Position numbers and translations under genes: made by a program
The notes under the pieces: generated by a model
Database searches by the model: none
The model's input: the letters and a program-made list of their open reading frames with translations, nothing else
Told to the model about the DNA's origin: nothing
Assembly (NCBI GenBank): GCA_947305775.1
Contig: CAMZEN010000009.1
Location: 2,785 to 66,784 of the forward strand
Source of the DNA: an uncultured Verrucomicrobiota bacterium
GTDB lineage: Bacteria; Verrucomicrobiota; Kiritimatiellia; RFP12; UBA1067
Direction of reading: 5' to 3'
DNA: 64,000 bases
In this document: piece by piece, positions 57,384 to 64,000 of the stretch
Layout of the letters: every line of letters begins with the position of its first letter
How positions within the stretch are numbered: position 1 is the first letter of the stretch

Positions 57384-58439
57384 TTACTGCGCATCCGCGG
57401 ACTGCGGTTGCGAAAGCTCCTGGTGCAAGGCGATTATGAATCCCTCCGGCGGGTTCTCCGCGCTTACATGAATGCGGTTGAGGCAGAATCCGGCGAATTG
57501 GCAATTGCGGCAGTTGTCCGGATTGCAACTTCGCGGATAGGCGTATTCCGGCAACTCCGCCTTTCTTGCCTCCGCCGCGAAGTGCAACAACATCCGGCAC
57601 ACGCCGAGCCGTTCGCGTTGGAACTCCGCGAGCATGTCTAACGTGATCGCAACCTCGCGTCTTGCAAAGTAGCGGTCTGCCTCCGCAGTCATGCTCTCGT
57701 ATATGCGTTGGCCGTATTCGTCCGGCGTTTCGGGATGCCCCGCAAGCCTTTCGCCCTTGGCCGTGTCCGCCGTCTTCTTGGGCGTGCCGTCACGCTTGAT
57801 GCACCGTTGGCCGTTCGCATCCAGCACAATCGGCATTCCGTTTCCGTCCAACTCCTGCACGTTCGCCCTCGGTTGGAGCGCGGGTTTGCGGATCACGTCG
57901 TAGACGCATACAGGCAACTCGCCCGTCGAGCGGTAGATCCATCCGGCGTAGGCCAGAAGCTGATGGTTGAGCTTGAGCCGTTGCCAATAGTCGCTCGTCT
58001 CTGACAGGTCGTCGCTTGTGGTCTTGCGCTCCCAATTCACCTTGCGCCCATCCTTCAGGACTGCGAGGCCGTCAACCTTGCCGCGTTGCTCGAACGTGCG
58101 CGAGCCGTCGATGTTGTCCGAAAACTCCACCTCTGGATTCATGGCCGCATAGTCGCGGTCTTCAATCTCGCCGTATGTCTTGTCATACGCGGCGACGATG
58201 CCGAAAACCCTTGCGGCCATCCACTCGTCTAGCTGCGTTCCCGTGATCGCGGCGCGATACTGCTTTGAGAAGTCGCCGCCCTTGGCCCTCTCTTCTCCGG
58301 CGTTGTGCACGGCCGAACCGATGCGCAGGGCTTCGGAAGGGGTCGCCACCTTCAAGCCAAGGATATTGTCGTAGTAGTAGCGGCGCGGACACCGAAGGGC
58401 ACACGCCATGCTGCTTGCGGTGAGTGTGAGCTTGCTCAT
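57384..58439 (-). CDS. PD-(D/E)XK exonuclease (RecB/Cas4-like)
   Basis: CPRRYYY, GSAVH, GKVDGL..ERKT, QLLAY, C..C..C. Confidence 0.85.
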   Translation of the reverse strand: MSKLTLTASSMACALRCPRRYYYDNILGLKVATPSEALRIGSAVHNAGEERAKGGDFSKQYRAAITGTQLDEWMAARVFGIVAAYDKTYGEIEDRDYAAMNPEVEFSDNIDGSRTFEQRGKVDGLAVLKDGRKVNWERKTTSDDLSETSDYWQRLKLNHQLLAYAGWIYRSTGELPVCVYDVIRKPALQPRANVQELDGNGMPIVLDANGQRCIKRDGTPKKTADTAKGERLAGHPETPDEYGQRIYESMTAEADRYFARREVAITLDMLAEFQRERLGVCRMLLHFAAEARKAELPEYAYPRSCNPDNCRNCQFAGFCLNRIHVSAENPPEGFIIALHQELSQPQSADAQ

Positions 58440-58633
58440 TTCGCACCGCCTTCCTTTATTGCGCTTGCCGCTTGTGCGAACGACTCCATGAAGTGATGGA
58501 AACATCCATCGACCGTTATCGCAACCGTCGCCACCGCTTGCGCGGGGGCGTCCGATTCTTCGACTGCGGCAACGCAGAAGTTTATGAATGCGCGTTCCAA
58601 TTCATCAGCCGCCTTTTTCAATTTTTCACTCAT
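58436..58633 (-). CDS. Hypothetical phage protein
   Basis: 65 aa, preceded by the AAACGAAAGGA motif. Confidence 0.6.
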   Translation of the reverse strand: MSEKLKKAADELERAFINFCVAAVEESDAPAQAVATVAITVDGCFHHFMESFAQAASAIKEGGAK

Positions 58634-58893
58634 TGCTTTTCCTTTCGTTTTTGTCTCGCCGGTCTCTCCCGGCTGTCACCACAAGTCCCAGTGTCTGCCC
58701 GCGCAACTTGTCCTAAGTTTTCCCACATTGACGCAGGCACGCGCTGTTGGTCAGGCGCGGTGTGGATTGGAGTATTCGAGGCCGCCACACGCAGTCCACG
58801 GCTTCACACGCTACGCCCGTGCACAGGCTTCGCGCTCCCCGTTTCGGGATCAATGGCTCCCGCCGCCAGTTTCGCCATCGTAGAAATCATCGC

Positions 58894-59112
58894 TCATTCC
58901 CAATGGTAGCCGCTTCCGGCGCAACACAGCCAACACAACGCTGCGAAGAATGCAAGCGTTGCGATAAGGCCGATGATGTCGCCAATCGTGCGCCAACGCC
59001 TGCGCCACACGCGGCGGCGCAACTCCCGATCATATGCCTTGGATTCGCGCTCGACGGCTTGGCGCCGATCCGCGTCTGCGATTTCGCGCTCAATGATGTC
59101 GTTGATGTTCAT
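58894..59112 (-). CDS. Small membrane protein
   Basis: SD GGAGG; one TM IIGLIATLAFFAALCWL. Confidence 0.6.
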   Translation of the reverse strand: MNINDIIEREIADADRRQAVERESKAYDRELRRRVWRRRWRTIGDIIGLIATLAFFAALCWLCCAGSGYHWE

Positions 59113-59324
59113 TTGTCCTCCTTGGTTACTCTGCCCTTGATTACTGCCTCCACGTCCTCGCGGAGCCAAAAACGCCTGTCGCCGATAGTCATCGGCTTTG
59201 CCTTCGTGAAGTCGATCTCGCCGGGCTTGAACCCCTTGCGTATCTTTCGCTGGAAGGCGCACAGCGAGAGGTGCGCAAGCTTCGCCACTTCCGCATCGGT
59301 CATTATGTCGCTTTCGCGTATCAT
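59109..59324 (-). CDS. Excisionase/AlpA-like HTH protein
   Basis: IMTDAEVAKLAHLS..KPMTIGDRRFWLREDVE. Confidence 0.65.
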   Translation of the reverse strand: MIRESDIMTDAEVAKLAHLSLCAFQRKIRKGFKPGEIDFTKAKPMTIGDRRFWLREDVEAVIKGRVTKEDK

Positions 59325-59668
59325 GCCTCTCCTTTCAAGATTTCCCCGGCTTTGCCTACGCCGGCCGGGGGCGGCGGTTCCAATCTTTCGGGCGGCAACG
59401 CGGCATTTGCGTCGGACAACGCAAGCGCGGCCTCCACGGTAAAGTATCTGACGGCTTCGGCGTGGCATTTCTCGCCCATCAATTCGGTGCGGATCATCGC
59501 CTTCGTCACGAATTTGTCAGCACGGCGCAACTCCTCGCGCACCCTAGTGGCCATGTTTCTTTCCTCCGCCTCTATGCGGTCGGCAAGGCCATTCAATAGC
59601 TCGTAAGTATTGGAGATCGTTTCGCCGGGCCTTACGAGGTTGCGAATCTCTCGCGCAAGCTCGCTCAT
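59321..59668 (-). CDS. Hypothetical phage protein
   Basis: Overlap-coupled ORF in the early operon. Confidence 0.55.
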   Translation of the reverse strand: MSELAREIRNLVRPGETISNTYELLNGLADRIEAEERNMATRVREELRRADKFVTKAMIRTELMGEKCHAEAVRYFTVEAALALSDANAALPPERLEPPPPAGVGKAGEILKGEA

Positions 59669-60255
59669 TAGGCCACCTCCACGATCTTGCCGCCGCGCAT
59701 TCCGTACCATGTATCAGCCTTGTACTCCTTGCCGTCAATGCGCACCATTTTAGCTCCGCGAAGTCGCCAATTGAAGTTGTCATCTTGTTGCCAATCTGCG
59801 AGAACGATATGCGAGCAAACTATGCCTTGGGCTTTGCCGAAAGGCCCCCATGCGATGGCTACGGCTGTAGGGTTCCCTGCCGAGGCCGCGCCGCTATATC
59901 CCGTTGCCGAGGCCGCGCCATAATTCTCGTCGGCTTTGGCTTCGGGCTTGATTTTAGACATGGTATATTCAATGGCAGCTTTCACCAATCCGGCGATTGA
60001 CAACCTTGCGCCGATCTTTATCTTCGTGGCAGCAACCTTTGTGTCATCATCAGAACGGTCGATGTCACCATCCAATTCGACTTCGTGAAACACAGAACCG
60101 CAAGGCTTATAATAGCCTAGACAATCTAGCGGATATTCACATGCGTGAAATCCCGTGTCACAGCACCTTGCCTTGTCGGTTTTGTATTCCTTGCCTTCCT
60201 CATATTGGAAGCCGCGACAAGTCATGTCTCGGTTGAATCCCTTGTATGCTTTCAC
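59668..60255 (-). CDS. Conserved phage protein (KAYKGF..CRGFQYEEG family)
   Basis: GFHACEYPLD, GAASATG repeats, KADTWY; GTG start. Confidence 0.8.
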   Translation of the reverse strand: MKAYKGFNRDMTCRGFQYEEGKEYKTDKARCCDTGFHACEYPLDCLGYYKPCGSVFHEVELDGDIDRSDDDTKVAATKIKIGARLSIAGLVKAAIEYTMSKIKPEAKADENYGAASATGYSGAASAGNPTAVAIAWGPFGKAQGIVCSHIVLADWQQDDNFNWRLRGAKMVRIDGKEYKADTWYGMRGGKIVEVA

Positions 60256-60398
60256 TTCCCGGCCTCCTTCTTTATGGCCATGCGAACGACTTGCGCCGCC
60301 GCCGTGCTTGGTTTGGGTTCGCAGCGCATTTCGCATAGCTTCTGCGCTTCCTTCTTCGATAGGTCAAACGTGCATCGCACCTTTGCTTCCTTGCTCAT
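60252..60398 (-). CDS. 48-aa putative RHH-like protein (not in the ORF track)
   Basis: MSKEAKVRCTFDLSKKEAQKLCEMRCEPKPSTAAAQVVRMAIKKEAGK; SD GAAAGGA; GTGA overlap. Confidence 0.5.
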   Translation of the reverse strand: MSKEAKVRCTFDLSKKEAQKLCEMRCEPKPSTAAAQVVRMAIKKEAGK

Positions 60399-60414
60399 CT
60401 TTGTTAGTCCTTTC

Positions 60415-60642
60415 TCAATTGTTGCTCCAAACTATCTCGCGCAACTTGTCGAGGTTGCGGTCGATGACCTCCGTGGCCGATTGCATGGCGGCGACATACT
60501 TGCGACGCAAGCGGCACATTGAGCCTATCGCGTGAGCCGCTTTCTCCAATGCCCGATAGTCCGCCATTGTCAATATGCGGTGCGTTTCCGGCGTGTTCTT
60601 GTCGGCGGGTTTCGCCGCGCTCTTATTCACTTGCTTTTTCAT
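60415..60642 (-). CDS. Hypothetical phage protein
   Basis: 75 aa, SD GAAAGGA, downstream of operators. Confidence 0.6.
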   Translation of the reverse strand: MKKQVNKSAAKPADKNTPETHRILTMADYRALEKAAHAIGSMCRLRRKYVAAMQSATEVIDRNLDKLREIVWSNN

Positions 60643-60665
60643 GGGGTGTTTTTAGTCCTTTCCTT

Positions 60666-60738
60666 GCGCGGTATACCGCGCCATGTCAAAAAAATAGTTT
60701 GGTGTCACCCCATGATGTTTCGTTCGCGGTATACCGCG
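60666..60738. promoter_or_regulatory. Two palindromic operators CGCGGTATACCGCG
   Basis: 60666-60681 (16-bp perfect palindrome) and 60725-60738. Confidence 0.8.
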
Positions 60739-60865
60739 CCACGGCCCGAAAAAATGCGAGCGGTGCGCCGCGCAACTTCGGAAGGGGTTTCACCCGTGCG
60801 CCGGGCGATCCTACGCGCCGCCGCTTGTGCCGTCTTCGGGAGGTTCTCGTAATCCGTTCTCTTGC

Positions 60866-61126
60866 TCATCTTGCCTGCCTTTCCTTTTTGGCCGCACGGA
60901 CTTGCGCCGCACGGAGTGTGATTTCGTCCTTGTATTGCGGAAGCACCTTGCCGCCGCGAACAACGCCAGCCTTTTCAGCCATGATCATAAGCCCATCCAG
61001 CAGGGTATCGGTTATGTTCGATCCCGTTATTTCAGCTACAAGCCCCGCAAGTGCCTTTATCTCCGGCGTTGCATGAACGCCAAGCAACACATTGTCCGGG
61101 TTGTGCTTCCCGCTGGTTTTGCTCAT
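60866..61126 (-). CDS. Putative phage repressor/regulator, RHH-like
   Basis: VLLGVHATPEIKALAGLVAEITGSNITDTLLDGL strand-helix-helix pattern; flanked by operators; start MSKT supported by the SD motif. Confidence 0.5.
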   Translation of the reverse strand: MSKTSGKHNPDNVLLGVHATPEIKALAGLVAEITGSNITDTLLDGLMIMAEKAGVVRGGKVLPQYKDEITLRAAQVRAAKKERQAR

Positions 61127-61181
61127 AAGCTTTGTCCTTTCGTTTGCCCTAGCCACGTGCCCTATTGTGGCTTACGGGGGT

Positions 61182-61210
61182 ATTATAGCATACCGCGGTA
61201 TACCGCGCAA
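61182..61210 (-). promoter_or_regulatory. Leftward promoter containing the third operator
   Basis: TTGCGC-17-TATAAT on the minus strand; CGCGGTATACCGCG at 61194-61207. Confidence 0.8.
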
Positions 61211-61451
61211 TAGGGAAAATGAATTTTTTTTCACTTTTATTACAAATGGGGAAATGATATAATGCCATAATGAAAAATACGGCATATCCTGCCTTAAAAC
61301 TTTCCCCGGAAAAATGGGGGCTTTCTTTAGGACAATGTTTAGGATAAATGAGGAATCTATGCAATTGCCGTGCGTGCGGCAATGCGTCAAAAGCCCTGTA
61401 AAACGGGCTTCTGCCGCCTTCGGCCTCTCATGTCCCGCGCTTTGGCCCGGC

Positions 61452-61498
61452 TTCGGGACCAAAAGGCCGAGGGTTCAAATCCCTCCGCTCCGACCATT
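61452..61498 (+). repeat. attR core (duplicated 3' half of tRNA-Pro)
   Basis: Identical to 19082-19128. Confidence 0.96.
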
Positions 61499-61517
61499 TT
61501 AATGGCTTGATTGCCCT

Positions 61518-62759
61518 CTACCCTCGTCTCTCTATGAAGAATACCTTGTCGCCGACGCGGCAGCGTGGTGTCTTCATCGTCGCCCAAGTGCCGCGCTCGG
61601 CCTTTTCGAGCACTTCCTCGTCGCGGCGAAGTTCACCTACAGTCAGCTCGACAACTCCCGTCGTGGGACCATGTATCTGCACGGTGTCACCAACGCACAA
61701 ATCATGGTCCTGAACCTTCACCTGGGCGATCCCCGCCTTGATGAAGTAGTCGATGACTATGCCGATGTGCCGCTTCACGGTGGTGGCAAGCGAGTTCTCG
61801 CTGTCTGTAAACTGGTTGGCGCCGGGGCGTCCGAAATATAGCCCTGTCGAGAACTCGCGGTGGAAGACCGTTTTGACGCTTTCCGATAGCTCATTCTTGA
61901 GCGCGTCGGAATATGTGCCGTCGGCTACCGCGTCGACTGCGCGGCGGTATGCGGCGGTGACTACCTTAACATACTCGGCGTTTCGGGCGCGTCCCTCAAT
62001 CTTGAAGCTCGCTATTCCGGCGTCCATGAGCCTGTCTACGAATCCAAGCGAGCAGAGGTCTCGCGCGGACATCACAGTGTGTGGCTCTACGACGAACTCG
62101 GTGTCGCTCTCGTGGATGGGGTTGCCTTCATCGTCCTCGAAGAAGTCTACGGCCTTTACGAGAAACCTTCTGCGGCAAGGCTGGTTGCATTCGCCGCGGC
62201 AGGCGCTTTTGCCGAACGCCTCGTGACTCATGAAGCAGCGTCCCGACTCAGCGACGCATTGCGCTCCATGAACAAAGCATTCGATCTCGACGGACGGTAC
62301 CTCGGCCGTTATCAGCTTAACCTCGGCAAGTGTGCATTCGCGGGCCAGCACCACGCGTGTCGCGCCTTGTGAAGCGAGGAAACGCACCGCCTCCGAGTTC
62401 GAGGTCGACATCTGGGTAGATACATGGAAAACCGCGCCATGCTTTCTGCAAAGCGAAATGACGCCCCAGTCCGACACGATGAAAGCGTCTACATAGGGTT
62501 TTGCCGCGACAATCGTGCGCTCCACGGCGTCCCTCTCGCCCTCAAACATTATTGCGTTCAGGGCCAGATAGGCCTTAACGCCGCGTTCGCGGCAACGGCG
62601 CGCTATCTCCGGGAGGTCTTCTTCCTTGAAGTTCACGCCGCTTCTTGCGCGCATGTTGAAGGTTCCGAGGCCGAAGTAGACGGCGTCGGCGCCTGCGTCA
62701 AGCGCGGCCTGAAGGCATGTGAAATCGCCGGCGGGCGAAAGGATCTCTGGTTTTCGCAT
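61518..62759 (-). CDS. U32-family protein (peptidase U32 / RNA hydroxylation)
   Basis: KPEILSPAG, GADAVYFG, HVSTQ, ECFVHGAQCVAESGRC, SFKIEGR. Confidence 0.92.
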   Translation of the reverse strand: MRKPEILSPAGDFTCLQAALDAGADAVYFGLGTFNMRARSGVNFKEEDLPEIARRCRERGVKAYLALNAIMFEGERDAVERTIVAAKPYVDAFIVSDWGVISLCRKHGAVFHVSTQMSTSNSEAVRFLASQGATRVVLARECTLAEVKLITAEVPSVEIECFVHGAQCVAESGRCFMSHEAFGKSACRGECNQPCRRRFLVKAVDFFEDDEGNPIHESDTEFVVEPHTVMSARDLCSLGFVDRLMDAGIASFKIEGRARNAEYVKVVTAAYRRAVDAVADGTYSDALKNELSESVKTVFHREFSTGLYFGRPGANQFTDSENSLATTVKRHIGIVIDYFIKAGIAQVKVQDHDLCVGDTVQIHGPTTGVVELTVGELRRDEEVLEKAERGTWATMKTPRCRVGDKVFFIERRG

Positions 62760-62766
62760 GCGGATA

Positions 62767-63948
62767 TTATACCATAAGCCCCCGCTCGCGAAGGGAGTCC
62801 AGAACTTCGGATAGGCGCTCGCGTTTTGCGCGGTTTGCGTCGCAATCCGTATCGAACAGGGAAGGCTGCGAGGAGGCGTCCGGCGAGTCCTGTATGTTCG
62901 TGACGCCGAATCCAACCAGACGAACGGCGGCGCGTCCGGCTCTCTTAGCCTCCCTCTCCGGCCATGCCGCGTCGAATAGGGCGAGGGCCTTTCCCCTGAA
63001 CGATATGTCGTCGCGGGCAGGGGAGTCGAACGGCGCCTGACGGGTTATGGTCCTGAAGTCGGCGTCCCTCAGCTTTATGCGGGCGGTGTTCGCCCAGCGC
63101 TTTGTTCGGCGGAACCTTGCGCCAACTTCCTCAACCAGCCTGAGTAGTGTGCCGCGCACCGCTTCGCGGCTAGATTCGTCCTCGTTGAAAGTGTGTTCCC
63201 TGGAGACGCTCTTCTCCTCTTCGCCTTCCCATGCGACGTCGTCCGAGGCTATGCCGAACGAGTAGGCCTTCAGCGATTCCGCGGCGGACTGCGAGCCGAG
63301 CATCGCCTTGAGCTGGTTCATCGGCAAACGTTGCACATCGCCGCACGTTGTAATGCCGAAAGGTTTCAGGACCTCGACTGTGTGCTTGCCGACGCCCCAA
63401 AGGACATTGATGGGCTTTGGGGCGAGGAACGCGGCGATTTCGCTCGGTTCGAACGGCATCATGGTGAGCCCGTTCGGCTTGTTTTCCTCTGAGCCGATCT
63501 TTGCGAGCAGCCTGTTGGGGGCAATTCCTACGGAACATGTCACGCGGCATGAACGCTTGATTTCTGCGCGAAGGGACTCGCCCAGACGCCGCGCATCGCC
63601 GAAGAGATGGATCGTGCCGGTTATGTCCAGGAACGCCTCGTCTATGGACACGGCTTCAACATACGGGGTGTAGCGCTCGAAGATGCCGAAAGCCTTGTTG
63701 GACACTTCTTTGTAAAGATCCATGTGAGGCGGCGTGAATATCGCATGCGGGCACAGTTGATAGGCAGTGCGCGACGGCATGGCCGAATGGACGCCGAACT
63801 TGCGCGCTTCGTAGGAACATGTCGAGACTACTCCGCGTTCGTGTGGCCCTGCGCCGACAATCAGCGGCTTGCAGCGCCACTCCGGGTGGTGCAACAGCTC
63901 TACGGACGCGAAAAACGCATCCATGTCGACATGCAAGATGGTAGCCAT
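62767..63948 (-). CDS. dinB: DNA polymerase IV (Y family)
   Basis: ILHVDMDAFFASVE, SYEARKFGVHSAM, SIDEAFLD. Confidence 0.95.
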   Translation of the reverse strand: MATILHVDMDAFFASVELLHHPEWRCKPLIVGAGPHERGVVSTCSYEARKFGVHSAMPSRTAYQLCPHAIFTPPHMDLYKEVSNKAFGIFERYTPYVEAVSIDEAFLDITGTIHLFGDARRLGESLRAEIKRSCRVTCSVGIAPNRLLAKIGSEENKPNGLTMMPFEPSEIAAFLAPKPINVLWGVGKHTVEVLKPFGITTCGDVQRLPMNQLKAMLGSQSAAESLKAYSFGIASDDVAWEGEEEKSVSREHTFNEDESSREAVRGTLLRLVEEVGARFRRTKRWANTARIKLRDADFRTITRQAPFDSPARDDISFRGKALALFDAAWPEREAKRAGRAAVRLVGFGVTNIQDSPDASSQPSLFDTDCDANRAKRERLSEVLDSLRERGLMV

Positions 63949-64000
63949 AAGGCAATTATACCATAAGTGACGCATTAGGTTTTGTCTCTGTAAACATTGG

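Larger units (their letters stand above)
19082..61498. mobile_element. Prophage (siphovirus-like, ~42.4 kb) integrated in tRNA-Pro
   Basis: Flanking 47-bp direct repeats; integrase, terminase, portal, capsid, tape measure and replication genes. Confidence 0.96.

Noticed and set aside
57384..58439. Cas4-like nuclease as evidence of CRISPR-Cas
   Set aside because: It sits in an exonuclease-AAA-SSB phage recombination module; no array or other cas genes
61452..61496. Second tRNA-Pro gene
   Set aside because: Only the 3' half is present; it is the attR duplication

Overview
The window is host chromosome (1-19081 and 61499-64000) interrupted by an apparently complete ~42.4 kb siphovirus-like prophage. 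The prophage is integrated in the 3' half of a tRNA-Pro(CGG) gene, with an identical 47-bp att core at 19082-19128 and 61452-61498. The host part encodes an Mla/Pqi-type ABC operon, an HU-like protein preceded by a 23-bp tandem array, and two gene cassettes (RhuM-like; RelE/HigB-like toxin plus partner) that share an identical 119-bp leader. It also encodes a 2931-aa surface protein with a PEP-CTERM neighbour, a TPR membrane protein, a U32 protein and DinB; a PVC-group (Kiritimatiellae-like) host is my inference only. The prophage carries a diversity-generating retroelement in its tail region, read on the minus strand as target gene, VR, hairpin, TR, structured spacer and RT. TR and VR align over 132 bp with 16 mismatches, 15 of them at TR adenines. 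No avd gene is visible, and a 10-bp TR/spacer duplex ends exactly beside the first mutated adenine. Other unexplained features are two unannotated paralogous YGxGGTGG micro-peptides behind a ParB-DUF4417 gene and an opposite-strand five-gene island (DUF932-like to C39-like peptidase) between terminase and portal. The phage also has three paralogous tail-tube-like genes, an immunity region with three palindromic operators but no obvious CI, and no recognisable endolysin. Family assignments come from motif recognition by eye, not database searches.
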